Shown in pieces: positions 1-10,728 of a stretch of DNA of 64,000 nucleotides. Each line of letters opens with the position of its first letter. Positions within the stretch are counted from its first letter, which is position 1. Under the pieces are notes generated by a model that searched no databases, was not told the DNA's origin, and saw only the letters and a program-made list of their open reading frames with translations. Source of the DNA: an uncultured Pelagibacteraceae bacterium (lineage in GTDB: Bacteria; Pseudomonadota; Alphaproteobacteria; Pelagibacterales; AG-422-B15); assembly GCA_902564295.1 (NCBI GenBank), contig CACFAO010000002.1, positions 12,126 through 76,125 on the forward strand, written 5' to 3'. Position numbers and translations under genes: made by a program.

Positions 1-645
1 ATAAATATTGTTAATAAATCTAAGCATCCTCTTGATATTCCTCTAGACGGATCGCTCATGATAATAGCTAACCATCCATTTGGTATTATTGACGGTCTCA
101 TTTTGTGCTCACTAGTATCTAAAAAAAGGAAAGACTTTAAAATTATGACCCATGAGACATTAAAGTTTTTACCAGAATTAGAACCCTTTATACTTCCCGT
201 TGACTTTAGCAATAATAAAAATGAAACAATTAAACGTAACATTAAAACAGCTAAAAATGCCAAAGAGCACTTATTAAATAATGGAATACTTATAATTTTT
301 CCATCAGGAAGTGTTTCAACTGCTAAAAACCTGAAGTCAGAAGCTAAGGACGATGAATGGAAAAAATTTCCTGCTAAATTAATACAGCAAACAAAAACAA
401 ATGTTCTACCTATATATTTTGACGGAAAAAATGGACTTTTATTTCATCTTTTTGCTTCAAAATTAAATAATCAAACACTCAAATATTCATCATACATTCA
501 TGAAACAAGAAAAAAGATTGGGAAAAACGTTATCATTTATTCTGGGGACATTATTAGACATTCTGTTCTGTCTAAGTTTGACAATCGAGATAGTTTAACA
601 AATTTTTTAAAAGAAAGTACTTATAATTTAAAGAAAAAGAATTAA
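1..645 (+). CDS. Lysophospholipid acyltransferase family protein (5'-truncated by window edge)
   Basis: NHPFGIID (HxxxxD) and IFPSG motifs; frame 1 is open from base 1. Confidence 0.8.
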   Translation: MNIVNKSKHPLDIPLDGSLMIIANHPFGIIDGLILCSLVSKKRKDFKIMTHETLKFLPELEPFILPVDFSNNKNETIKRNIKTAKNAKEHLLNNGILIIFPSGSVSTAKNLKSEAKDDEWKKFPAKLIQQTKTNVLPIYFDGKNGLLFHLFASKLNNQTLKYSSYIHETRKKIGKNVIIYSGDIIRHSVLSKFDNRDSLTNFLKESTYNLKKKN

Positions 646-1661
646 TTATATTTCGACTTTTCATATTCGCACATTATCCTAATTAGTTTATCGAGATTAG
701 TTCTTGGTAACCATTTTAATTCTTTTATTGCTTTTGTGGAGTCTCCAAAAAGAGAGTTTACTTCAGTAGGTCTAAAGTATTTTTTTTCAATAGAAATAAT
801 TACTTTGTTTGTATTTAAATCAATTGCTTTTTCTTTAAGCCCCACTCCAGTCCAACTTAAATTGAAACCAAAATTTTTTGCTGCCTTATTTACAAATTCC
901 TTTACTGTATAAGTCTTACCTGATGAAATTACATAGTTTTCTGGTTTCTTTTTTTGGAGCATTTTCCACATAGCTTCAACGTAATCTTTTGAGAAACCCC
1001 AATCTCTTTTTGAATAAATATTGCCAAGACCCATTTTGGTCAAATTACCGTATTTTATTTTAGCTAAGTTAGAAATAATTTTTTTTGTTACGAATTCATC
1101 ACCTCTCAATGGTGACTCATGATTAAATAAAATACCAGAACAGCAAAATAAACCATATGCATCCTTATACATATTGACCATCCAATGAGCATATAGCTTT
1201 GAGACTGCATATGGACTTATAGGATGGAAGCTTGTTTTTTCGCTCTGTTTTTTTATATTTGAATTTCCATACATCTCTGAAGTTGATGCTTGATAAAATT
1301 TAGTTTTGTTAGAAAAATGCCGGATAGCCTCAAGTAATCTAGTAACTCCTAAAGCATTTACATTCGATGTAAATATGGGGCTAGCATATGAATTTGCAAC
1401 GAATGACTGCGCTGCTAAATTATATATTTCGTCAAATTTTCCATTTCTTACAACGTCATTAACATTATTTTCCTCAAGTAATTCCAAAGGTATTACTTTA
1501 ATTTTTTTTTCTATTCCTAGATACTTCAAACGCCAAAGACTACCACTGGCATTTTGTCTTTCTCCGCCAAATACTGAATAACCTTTATTTAGCAAAAACT
1601 GAGCCAAATAAGCTCCATCTTGTCCAGAGATTCCGGTTATTAAAGCTCTTTTTTTTGCCAT
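642..1661 (-). CDS. gmd: GDP-mannose 4,6-dehydratase
   Basis: GISGQDGAYL, YNLAAQSFV, YQASTSEMYG, SPYAVSK, GILFNHESPLRG. Confidence 0.96.
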   Translation of the reverse strand: MAKKRALITGISGQDGAYLAQFLLNKGYSVFGGERQNASGSLWRLKYLGIEKKIKVIPLELLEENNVNDVVRNGKFDEIYNLAAQSFVANSYASPIFTSNVNALGVTRLLEAIRHFSNKTKFYQASTSEMYGNSNIKKQSEKTSFHPISPYAVSKLYAHWMVNMYKDAYGLFCCSGILFNHESPLRGDEFVTKKIISNLAKIKYGNLTKMGLGNIYSKRDWGFSKDYVEAMWKMLQKKKPENYVISSGKTYTVKEFVNKAAKNFGFNLSWTGVGLKEKAIDLNTNKVIISIEKKYFRPTEVNSLFGDSTKAIKELKWLPRTNLDKLIRIMCEYEKSKYN

Positions 1662-1749
1662 GAAAGATAGATAAAAAAGTTTATTGCCACTTAATTTGAT
1701 GTTTAATATACCATTATAGCCAGAACTAGCAATTAATTTAGATTTTTAG

Positions 1750-2670
1750 ATGAAAAATTTCTTTATTTATTCTTTCTATAGATTCAAAGAAATAAATGAT
1801 ATTGGTCAATTAAAAATAATATTTGATAATTTTCTTATTAAAAAGAAAGTTAAAGGTACAATACTCATTGCAAATGAAGGTATTAATGGTTCAGTATCCG
1901 GTACAAAAATTGACTTAGACGACTTATTAAATTTTATAAAGTTTAAACTCAAAATTAGAAAACTTGAAATTAAAATAAACAAAACTGATTTTCTTCCGTT
2001 CAATCGTATGAAAATAAGACTTAAAAAAGAAATTGTTTCACTTGGCCAAGGAATTATAGATACTAATAAATATAGAGGTAACTTAATTGATCCAAAAAAT
2101 TGGAACAAAATTATTTCTGATAAAAATACTAAAGTATTAGATGTAAGAAATGAATTTGAGATCGGTATAGGTAAATTTGTAGGATCAATAAATCCTAAAA
2201 CTAAAAGTTTTAGACAGTTTCCTGATATAATAAAAAAATTAAAAATTAAAAAAACTGATAAGATTGCGATGTATTGTACTGGGGGAATAAGGTGCGAAAA
2301 GTCCTCTGCTTTTATGAAAATGAAAGGATACAGAAATGTTGTTCAACTAGAAGGTGGAATAATTAATTATCTAGAATATATCAACTCAAAAAACCAAAAG
2401 AATTTGTGGCAGGGTGAGTGTTTTGTTTTTGATGATAGAGTTACAGTTAATAGAAAATTATTGAAAGGAAAATATTTACAATGCTATGGCTGTAGAAGAC
2501 CAATAACAAGAAAAGAAACTAAATCTAAATTCTATAAAAAAGGGGTATCGTGCCCTAATTGTTATAATGAAAGAACTTTAAAACAAAAGCAGCGTTCTAA
2601 CATGAGACAAATGCAAATTGATGATGCCATTATCAATAAATCTCATACTTCGTTTAGGAAAATAAAATAA
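1750..2670 (+). CDS. trhO: Rhodanese-domain tRNA uridine(34) hydroxylase (UPF0176)
   Basis: GTILIANEGING, LDVRN.FE..IG.F, MYCTGGIRCEK, GECFVFDDR, C-terminal Cys cluster. Confidence 0.9.
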   Translation: MKNFFIYSFYRFKEINDIGQLKIIFDNFLIKKKVKGTILIANEGINGSVSGTKIDLDDLLNFIKFKLKIRKLEIKINKTDFLPFNRMKIRLKKEIVSLGQGIIDTNKYRGNLIDPKNWNKIISDKNTKVLDVRNEFEIGIGKFVGSINPKTKSFRQFPDIIKKLKIKKTDKIAMYCTGGIRCEKSSAFMKMKGYRNVVQLEGGIINYLEYINSKNQKNLWQGECFVFDDRVTVNRKLLKGKYLQCYGCRRPITRKETKSKFYKKGVSCPNCYNERTLKQKQRSNMRQMQIDDAIINKSHTSFRKIK

Positions 2671-2702
2671 CTTTAAAAATTTATTATTCTAGTAATCAAT
2701 AT

Positions 2703-3698
2703 TTATTGGTTTTTTAAATAAGCAAGTGTATCTTTTATCATCTGGTCTAAATCATTATGTGGGGACCACAGAAGTTCAGCTTTAGCTTTGTTTGCGTCGG
2801 CCCAATAGGCTGGTAAGTCTCCAGGTCTTCTACTATAAATTTTATAAGGGATTTTTTTACCTAAATGATACTCAAATCTCTCGATCACTTGAAGTACACT
2901 ATAACCTTCTCCTCTCCCAAGATTCCAAATATTAAAATTGCCATTATTTTTAATAAATTGCATGGCTTTTAGATGTCCATCGATCAAATCATTTATGTGA
3001 ATATAATCCCTTACCCCTGAGCCGTCTAAGGTTTCATAATCATCACCATATATTTTTAAAAATTTTTCTCTGGAACTTATTACTTTTATAATAGATGGTA
3101 TTAAATTAGACGTCCCTTCATTTATCATTTCACCGATTTTACCCGAGCTATGATACCCAACTGGATTAAAATAACGTAAAATTCCAATTTTCCACTTTCT
3201 ATCATTTAAATGAATATTTTTTAAAATATTCTCTACAATGAATTTAGTTTGCGCGTATGGATTACTGGGTAATTTCAACGAAATTGATTCATTCCAAGGT
3301 AATTTATGTTTACTTCCATATACTGTCGCGGAAGATGAAAATATAATTTCGTAAACAGATGCTTTACTCATGGCCTCAAATAAATTTACAGAACCACTAA
3401 CATTTACGGCAAAGTACTCAATCGGATTTAAAAAACTTTCTGATATATATTTTAATCCTGCAAAATGAACTACACAGTTGATTGCGTATTTTGAAAATAT
3501 CTCATCTAATAAATCCTTATTTTTTAGATCACCTTCAATAAATATAAAATTTTTTTTAGAAATTTCTTTTATCAATTTTATATTTTCTTTAGAACTGTTT
3601 ACTAGATTATCTATAGATATGACCTCATAACCCTTATATAGAAGTTCTAAAATAAAATGGGAGCCAATATAGCCATTACCTCCAGTTACAAGTATCAT
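2703..3698 (-). CDS. galE: UDP-glucose 4-epimerase
   Basis: TGGNGYIGSH, HFAGLK, FSSSATVYG, LRYFNPVG, GVRDYIH. Confidence 0.93.
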   Translation of the reverse strand: MILVTGGNGYIGSHFILELLYKGYEVISIDNLVNSSKENIKLIKEISKKNFIFIEGDLKNKDLLDEIFSKYAINCVVHFAGLKYISESFLNPIEYFAVNVSGSVNLFEAMSKASVYEIIFSSSATVYGSKHKLPWNESISLKLPSNPYAQTKFIVENILKNIHLNDRKWKIGILRYFNPVGYHSSGKIGEMINEGTSNLIPSIIKVISSREKFLKIYGDDYETLDGSGVRDYIHINDLIDGHLKAMQFIKNNGNFNIWNLGRGEGYSVLQVIERFEYHLGKKIPYKIYSRRPGDLPAYWADANKAKAELLWSPHNDLDQMIKDTLAYLKNQ

Positions 3699-4192
3699 TT
3701 TTTGGTTTTTTTACTCACTAGTTTTTTGATGTGATTAAGATATTTAAACCATTCATCAGACGATATAATGAATCCTATACAGTCCTTAGATCCGCACTTA
3801 CATTCATGATCTTTATAATCATCTTTATCAAATTCATAACCATAATCGTATGTAAGTTCCTCCCCTTTTCGAATTTTCTTGATTGATTTTATCCAAATTT
3901 TTTCATTAGAAATTTCAACTTCACAATTAGGCTCGCATGAATGATTAATGTATCTTGCTTTATTATATAGTGGTGAACCGTCCAAATCATATTTTTTGTT
4001 AAGTTCAAATATGTAAACTGATCCAGTTTTATTTGATTTTAGATATTTTTGAATTCTATTGTTTGACCGTTTATCACCTTCTTTTTTTGTGATTTTCTCT
4101 CCAATATATTGAATGATTTGCTCATTTTTTTTAATTTGCCTTGTAGCAAAAACACCATGACCATGAACTAGTGATTTTTTAACTTTCCACAT
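3695..4192 (-). CDS. SET-domain protein-lysine methyltransferase with post-SET Zn motif
   Basis: HGHGVFA, ARYINHSCEPN, ELTYDY, CKCGSKDC. Confidence 0.92.
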   Translation of the reverse strand: MWKVKKSLVHGHGVFATRQIKKNEQIIQYIGEKITKKEGDKRSNNRIQKYLKSNKTGSVYIFELNKKYDLDGSPLYNKARYINHSCEPNCEVEISNEKIWIKSIKKIRKGEELTYDYGYEFDKDDYKDHECKCGSKDCIGFIISSDEWFKYLNHIKKLVSKKTKK

Positions 4193-5489
4193 TTTTTTTA
4201 TTTTCTTCTAATGAATGGAGATAGAAACCTATTGGTAAAAAATAAATTATATTTATCCAGTTATTAAAGAAATTAAGTGTAGGAAATAGAGGCCATAAGG
4301 TCAATATAAATGCAATAATAAGAAGTATTTGATAATCGTTAAGTAAGTGTGTTTTATTTTTAATTACTAAATAAAAACTATGAATTAATTTGAATAATAA
4401 AAATACAAAAAGAGATGAGATTACTATAAATCCAATTAAGCCGGTTTCTGATAGCAATTGAACATATGTATGATGAGGGTGTGTCGAACAAGAATGTTTA
4501 TCATAATTATATTTCTCTTCATTACAATGTATTCTGAATGAATTTACTCCTTTACCCAGTATAGGACTATCTCTAAACATCTTCCATGCACTACGTAAGT
4601 GACTTTCATGAATTGGTGAGAAAATATATATTCTTTCAGAAACATTTTTATCATCTAAATTGGTATTATTTCTTAAAGTTTCACTAAAACCAAATTCCTC
4701 TATCGTTTTATTAATATTTCTATCTCTGATATCTGAGTCTACATGTGTGAGTAGTATTATTACTGAGACGGATAAAACCAAAGTGATAATTCTAATTATT
4801 CTATAACGCGAAAGTAAAATAATTATCAATATTGTTGATAGCATCATCAGACCTAAAGCTGTCCTCTCCCCAGAAATATAAATTAGTGTATCTGACAAAA
4901 TCAGTATTAATGGAAGGGTAATGAGTGTTAATTTATTAGAATTCAATGCTATTATTGATGCTACCAAAATTGGAAATAATCTCGATAAATAGCCACCAAG
5001 AATTAATTTATCATTAAAACTTAAACTAAGCCTTATATTATCTTCAATGCCGAATCCAAATAAATTTTTACCAAAAAAGTACTGATAATAGCCATCAAAT
5101 ATTGCGTAGAAGAATGTAATAAGAAATATAATAGCAAAATGATTTTTGAAATTTTCATTATTATCTATTAAAAACCACACTGAAAGAGAAAAGATTCCAA
5201 AACGAAAATAAAAAAAACTATTTTCTAAAGAATAGATAAAATTTTCCGAAAAAATTGAGTTAACAATTAAATAAATATAAAAAATTATAAAAGCATAAAA
5301 AAATCGATTTTGAAAATATTTAATCAGCCTGTATTTGAATGAATAATATAAAAAAATGATAGAAACCAATGAGATTGATAAATCAGGAAAAAAAGGTCCT
5401 GTTAAAAGACTTAAAGGAATTAAATATACGAGAATACTAGAAAAATTAATTACTATGGGATTATAATTTAGTATTGTTCTTACATGCAT
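4179..5489 (-). CDS. O-antigen ligase family (WaaL/Wzy_C-like) membrane protein
   Basis: Many TM segments, SGERTA, PILGKG..SFR, HPHHTYVQLLSETG. Confidence 0.85.
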   Translation of the reverse strand: MHVRTILNYNPIVINFSSILVYLIPLSLLTGPFFPDLSISLVSIIFLYYSFKYRLIKYFQNRFFYAFIIFYIYLIVNSIFSENFIYSLENSFFYFRFGIFSLSVWFLIDNNENFKNHFAIIFLITFFYAIFDGYYQYFFGKNLFGFGIEDNIRLSLSFNDKLILGGYLSRLFPILVASIIALNSNKLTLITLPLILILSDTLIYISGERTALGLMMLSTILIIILLSRYRIIRIITLVLSVSVIILLTHVDSDIRDRNINKTIEEFGFSETLRNNTNLDDKNVSERIYIFSPIHESHLRSAWKMFRDSPILGKGVNSFRIHCNEEKYNYDKHSCSTHPHHTYVQLLSETGLIGFIVISSLFVFLLFKLIHSFYLVIKNKTHLLNDYQILLIIAFILTLWPLFPTLNFFNNWINIIYFLPIGFYLHSLEENKKNVES

Positions 5490-6518
5490 ATTTTTTATAC
5501 ATTGTTATTAAGTTTATTTTTACTATTAATATTAATTTCACTTCGAAATCATAAGTTAATAAGTGATAAACCTTCTCACAATATAAGAAAAATACATACA
5601 GAAACAATAATTAAAATTGGAGGAATAATGTTGCTTTCATCATTAACTTCAATTTATTTTGTTGAGAATAGTCATTTACAGCTAATAATTATTTTTGGGG
5701 TTTTATTTTTCTTAATAGGCTTATCAGCTGATCTCTTTGTAAATTTCACATGGAGTTACAGATTTATTATTATGCTATTACTTTTAATTATTATAGTAAG
5801 TAACTTTAACTTTATAATTATTAATTTTGATCATAAAATTCTAAATCAAATTATTTTGTCATCTTCAATACTGCCTTATGTATTTGTGGTCGCTGGATAT
5901 CTTTTTATTATTAACGGCTTTAATTTTATTGATGGAAATAATGGTCTAATGCTTGGCGTAGGTATAATAATTTTACTTAATTTTAAATTTTATACTGACT
6001 TTGATTTTACCGATTTACACCTTCTTTATAATATACTTATAAGTTCGTGTTTATTGTTATTTATTATAAATTTTATAACAGGTAAGATTATTACTGGGGA
6101 TTGTGGTGCTTATTTCTTAGGATTTATAATTGGATCATTGGGAATTTATTTAGCTAATGTAAATTTGCTTTTTGCTACACAAGTTGCGTGTTTAATTTTT
6201 TATCCAATAAATGAATTATTTATTTCTTTTTGGAGAAGAATTATAATAAATAAATCAAATCCATTTAAACCTGATGATCAACATTTACATTCATTGTTGC
6301 ACAAGCTAATAATTAAAAAAATAAAGGAAAATAAAAAATACTTATACATTAATAATAATTCCCTCACATCAGCCGTTATTCTGATATGTTTTATTATAAG
6401 TACAATTTTTGTATACTTATTTGCAGATTTCACGGGGTATATGATAATGTATTTTGTTTTGTCAGCTGCACAACTATTAATTTATATAATAATTTCCAAA
6501 CGGGTTAATAATTATTAG
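5484..6518 (+). CDS. MraY/WecA-family polyprenyl-phosphate HexNAc-1-phosphate transferase
   Basis: KIH....IGG, NGFNFIDGNNG, GDCGAY.LG, PDDQHLH; polytopic. Confidence 0.85.
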   Translation: MHIFYTLLLSLFLLLILISLRNHKLISDKPSHNIRKIHTETIIKIGGIMLLSSLTSIYFVENSHLQLIIIFGVLFFLIGLSADLFVNFTWSYRFIIMLLLLIIIVSNFNFIIINFDHKILNQIILSSSILPYVFVVAGYLFIINGFNFIDGNNGLMLGVGIIILLNFKFYTDFDFTDLHLLYNILISSCLLLFIINFITGKIITGDCGAYFLGFIIGSLGIYLANVNLLFATQVACLIFYPINELFISFWRRIIINKSNPFKPDDQHLHSLLHKLIIKKIKENKKYLYINNNSLTSAVILICFIISTIFVYLFADFTGYMIMYFVLSAAQLLIYIIISKRVNNY

Positions 6519-7660
6519 GCGTATTTTTTGAAAAAACTATCTACACAATCAACCACTTTAGTTTGCATTTCAAGTGTGATTCCTTTCCATAGAGGAAGTC
6601 TTACTAATGACTCTGAAGATCTATTTGTTGTTTCTAGATTTCCATGCATTTTGCAATATTTCTTACCTGCAGGAGATGAATGCAAGGGAATATAATGAAA
6701 TACAGAGTAAATCTCTTTATCTTTAAGATATTGAATTAATCTGTCTCTTAAATCAGCGTTGGAGACAAGAATATAATACATATGACCATTATGCTCACAA
6801 TCTTGGGGGATGATTGGGAGTCTTAAATTTCCTCTCTCCTCTAATAATTTTAAATTTTTGTGATAAAAATCCCATGATTTTTTTCTGTCTCGTGTTATTT
6901 CTTCAGCACATTCAAGTTGTGCATATAAAAATGATGCAATAATTTCACTTGGTAAAAATGATGAACCAACATCTTGCCAAGTATACTTATCTACTTCCCC
7001 TCTATGAAATGAACTCCTATCAGTACCTTTTTCCCTGATTATTTCAGCACGACTTACAAATTTTTCATCATTAATCAGTAATGCGCCACCTTCTCCAGAA
7101 ATTAGATTTTTAGTCTCATGAAAACTATAAGCTGCTAGGTCTCCAATGCTTCCAAGTGGTCTTCCTTTGTAACTTGCTAGTGTTCCTTGAGCAGCATCTT
7201 CAATAACATATAAATTTCTTTCCTTTGCTATATTCATAATTCTATCCATTTCACACGAAACTCCAGCGTAATGAACAGGTACAATTGCTTTTGTTTTTTC
7301 CGATATAGCTTCTTCAATCAATGTTTCATTTAAATTTAGCGTATCATATCTAATATCAACAAAAACTGGCACTCCTCCTCTCAAAACAAATGCATTTGCA
7401 GTTGATACGAAGGTATACGAAGGCATAATTACTTCATCTCCAGGATTTATATCAATAAGTAGTGCGGACATTTCCAATGCGGCCGTACACGAATGGGTAA
7501 GTAAAGCAGACTTACAATTTATTTTTTTTTCGATCCATTGATTGCATTTTTTTGTATAAGGGCCATCTCCTGCTAAACTCCTATTTGAATGGGCATCTCT
7601 TAAATACTCTATTTCATTTCCTGTCATATAAGGCTTATTGAAAAATATTCTTTTATTCAT
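6515..7660 (-). CDS. wecE: dTDP-4-amino-4,6-dideoxygalactose transaminase
   Basis: LTHSCTAALEM, EDAAQ, SFHETKN, REKGTDRS, DKYTWQDVGSS. Confidence 0.92.
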   Translation of the reverse strand: MNKRIFFNKPYMTGNEIEYLRDAHSNRSLAGDGPYTKKCNQWIEKKINCKSALLTHSCTAALEMSALLIDINPGDEVIMPSYTFVSTANAFVLRGGVPVFVDIRYDTLNLNETLIEEAISEKTKAIVPVHYAGVSCEMDRIMNIAKERNLYVIEDAAQGTLASYKGRPLGSIGDLAAYSFHETKNLISGEGGALLINDEKFVSRAEIIREKGTDRSSFHRGEVDKYTWQDVGSSFLPSEIIASFLYAQLECAEEITRDRKKSWDFYHKNLKLLEERGNLRLPIIPQDCEHNGHMYYILVSNADLRDRLIQYLKDKEIYSVFHYIPLHSSPAGKKYCKMHGNLETTNRSSESLVRLPLWKGITLEMQTKVVDCVDSFFKKYA

Positions 7661-7732
7661 AAAACTTTATTAATTATATTCGAATACATCATACAACAAA
7701 ATTAAACTAAAAATATGGAATAACTATAGTTA

Positions 7733-8455
7733 TTACTTAAAATCATTAGATATTAAAGCATTTCCATTCTCTAAATATATAAATTTGTTACATATACTGT
7801 TAATTAACTCCTTATCGTGTGAGGCTAATATCAAAATTTTACTTTGATTGATTTTTTCATTTAAAAGTTTTGTACTTTTTTCCTGAAACTCTTCGTCAGC
7901 AACACTAAGCCACTCATCCATAACTAATATATCTGGTTTAGTTGCCATGCTAATAGCAAACGCCATCCGCATTTGCATTCCACTAGAATATGTATGAAAC
8001 GGTAAATACAAATAATCTCCAAGCTCTGATATATCGCTTACTGAATTAACAAAATCATTTATTTGCTCTTTTTTGACACCCATAAGAATTGCTCTTGATT
8101 TTATATTTTCTATTCCAGAACTAAAAGGATCTAGAGCGATTGATGGATTAATAAGTGGTAGCACACTTCCATCGACCTCTACTTCACCCGTAGTTGGCGC
8201 ATATATTTGAGAAGCAACTCTTAGAAAAGTCGATTTTCCTGCACCATTTGGTCCCATTACTCCTATGCGATCACCATCGTTAATAGATAGATTAATTTCT
8301 TTTAAAGCCTCGACCTTAATCATTCCCTCTGAGTTTGAGTTAATAATATTCTTAAATTTTGACTTACCTAATAATAGTTTCTTTTTTAATGATCTATGCT
8401 CAGCACTAATTAAATTGAAAGTTACTGTTACATTAATGAAATTTATTGAAGCCAT
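7733..8455 (-). CDS. wzt: Polysaccharide ABC exporter ATP-binding subunit (no C-terminal CBM)
   Basis: GPNGAGKST, YSSGMQMRMAF, DEWLSVAD; adjacent permease. Confidence 0.9.
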   Translation of the reverse strand: MASINFINVTVTFNLISAEHRSLKKKLLLGKSKFKNIINSNSEGMIKVEALKEINLSINDGDRIGVMGPNGAGKSTFLRVASQIYAPTTGEVEVDGSVLPLINPSIALDPFSSGIENIKSRAILMGVKKEQINDFVNSVSDISELGDYLYLPFHTYSSGMQMRMAFAISMATKPDILVMDEWLSVADEEFQEKSTKLLNEKINQSKILILASHDKELINSICNKFIYLENGNALISNDFK

Positions 8456-8457
8456 AC

Positions 8458-9237
8458 CTATATATAATATGGGGTTTTGTCCTGTATATACTTACCAAAG
8501 ATTATTACAGAAATTTTTATAATAATTAATGAGGCGATAACTACGGTCCAATTTAATAAATCTAACTCCTTATTTAATAAGGGTGATCTCATAATTTCAA
8601 TGATATGATAGAATGGATTTACATCAGCAATTATAAATCGACTACCTAACATTTCTTTAGTATAAATAATTGGTGTTACAAAAATTGCCATTTGATTAAT
8701 TGTCTTAATAATGTGCGGAATATCTCTAAAAATTGCACTTACAAAAGCTATTAAATATCCAAATGTATAGAGTAGAAAAAAATTAAAAATAAATCCAATC
8801 AGTACAAAATAAATTTTTAAAAGTAAATTTACTTCGTAAAATATTAAAAAGGGGACTAGCGCAATCAAATGATAAGTTAGAATAATTGTATTTTTTATGA
8901 TTACCTGTAGAACATAAATTCCAACAGGCATTGCTATATTTTTAATGAGATCTCTCTTAAGTACAAATATTTCACTACATTCATTAAGACAGTTTGCAAT
9001 AAAGAACCAAAAAACAAGTCCTGATGCAATGTGTGGAACTAAAATACTAGTTTCTACATCAAATATAGTTCCATATATAAAAGAGAGTATTACTACTAAT
9101 ATTACTATATTAATCACAGACCAAAACGGTCCCAATATAGATCCTCTAAATTGAGAGCGTATATCATTAAGTGATAAGTTTAATGCTACATTAAATTTTT
9201 TAAAAATCTCAAATTGAAATAGAATTCCTTTTTTCAT
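8458..9237 (-). CDS. wzm: Polysaccharide ABC exporter permease
   Basis: FRGSILGPFW, FRDI, TPIIY, NPF motifs of ABC-2 permeases. Confidence 0.9.
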   Translation of the reverse strand: MKKGILFQFEIFKKFNVALNLSLNDIRSQFRGSILGPFWSVINIVILVVILSFIYGTIFDVETSILVPHIASGLVFWFFIANCLNECSEIFVLKRDLIKNIAMPVGIYVLQVIIKNTIILTYHLIALVPFLIFYEVNLLLKIYFVLIGFIFNFFLLYTFGYLIAFVSAIFRDIPHIIKTINQMAIFVTPIIYTKEMLGSRFIIADVNPFYHIIEIMRSPLLNKELDLLNWTVVIASLIIIKISVIIFGKYIQDKTPYYI

Positions 9238-9246
9238 TATTTATTA

Positions 9247-10722
9247 TTACTTCCAATCTGAAAGGGTCCAGTTATCACAAGAAATGTTTTTCTGAAATTT
9301 ATTCTTAAATTTTATATGAGACAAATCAAACATGAGTTGATTCACCCAGTGATAAATGAACATATGAAGCATTTCCTCTTTGCTTTTGAAATTATAGCCC
9401 TGTTCCTCAGCACTTTCCATACCATTCAGAAATGCAAAAAACAATCTTTTACCAAAAGTTACGGTGATAGAGTAATCAAAATACATTGATGATGGTGGCG
9501 ATGACTCTAAAATGCTTTCATATACTCTATTAACTTCTTCATCTACAAATTTTAATTTGAAATGGTCATAATTTTTTAGATATTTACTATTAATGTGATC
9601 ATTCATGTATGACGTAAAACTAGCTAATACTGTGCTTGTATTAAAACCCTCTTTGTTAAAAGTATTTAGAAATTGAGTATTTATATTTTTAAATTTTATT
9701 GGCTGCTCATGCATAAAGAAATCAAAGCCAAATGATAAAATTAATTTCGCATTATAAAGATGTGAGTCTCTTGAATTAAGAGAAGGCAGCATGCTGCGCC
9801 ATTTTTTAAAAACTAGATTATCTAAATATACTCTTCTGGCATATTTTGTGATATTAACAAGGTTATAGTTATGGTAATGTTTAACTCCTATCAAATTCGT
9901 GTAGACCACTTTACCCCCTGACCTAACCAATCTAAGCCCAAATTCTAAGTCCTCTACTGTTTCTGATTTAAATAGTAATTTATCAAACGCTGTCTTTCTT
10001 ACTAAATGGTTAGTATCATCTATACTCATTGATCTAAACTGTGAATGCATTGGCATTACTTTTCTTACAAATTTAATTAAAAAATTGTTTCTAGTTACAT
10101 TTACAGCCGAAGAGCTGCTTTGAGCTTTATATAGCCAATTATTTAAAACTTGCGCGTAAGGATCTGCTAAATTATCTGTATATTGTCTTGAGCTAAATGA
10201 CTCAGCTTTGAAAAAATTTAAAGCTGCTATGGCAATTGAAATCCACTCTGGATTCTCAAACACTACATCATCTACTACAAATAATAAATAATCCCCGGTA
10301 GCCTCACTAGCGCCTGTATTTCTTGAAAATGAATGACTAAAATCGCTTGGATTTATTTTAATTACCCTAAAACCATTTTCTCTTAAATATTCTGGTGTAT
10401 CATCTGTCGATCCAGAGTCTACAGCAATAAATTCGAGATTAGAATGAGTTTGGCTTTTTAGCGATTTGATTAATTTTTGAACCCCATTTTTTAAACCATT
10501 ATTTACCGGCAAAATAACACTTACCTTTGCATCAGATACATAATCATTGTAGTACTTTTGAAATTTTATTAGCTTAGAGCCTGATCTTTTTTTTATAAAA
10601 ATAAAATTCCAAAATACCTCAAAAGAGATTATTCGATAAAATATTGAAATTATTAAATTAATGATACCTGAATGGTAATGGAAATTTATAAATAATAATA
10701 ATTTTGATATTAATTTTCTCAT
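9247..10722 (-). CDS. Glycosyltransferase family 2 with N-terminal hydrophobic segment and uncharacterised C-terminal half
   Basis: VSVILPV, VDSGSTD, FSHSFSRNTG, VDD, EDLE. Confidence 0.85.
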   Translation of the reverse strand: MRKLISKLLLFINFHYHSGIINLIISIFYRIISFEVFWNFIFIKKRSGSKLIKFQKYYNDYVSDAKVSVILPVNNGLKNGVQKLIKSLKSQTHSNLEFIAVDSGSTDDTPEYLRENGFRVIKINPSDFSHSFSRNTGASEATGDYLLFVVDDVVFENPEWISIAIAALNFFKAESFSSRQYTDNLADPYAQVLNNWLYKAQSSSSAVNVTRNNFLIKFVRKVMPMHSQFRSMSIDDTNHLVRKTAFDKLLFKSETVEDLEFGLRLVRSGGKVVYTNLIGVKHYHNYNLVNITKYARRVYLDNLVFKKWRSMLPSLNSRDSHLYNAKLILSFGFDFFMHEQPIKFKNINTQFLNTFNKEGFNTSTVLASFTSYMNDHINSKYLKNYDHFKLKFVDEEVNRVYESILESSPPSSMYFDYSITVTFGKRLFFAFLNGMESAEEQGYNFKSKEEMLHMFIYHWVNQLMFDLSHIKFKNKFQKNISCDNWTLSDWK

Positions 10723-10728
10723 AATATA

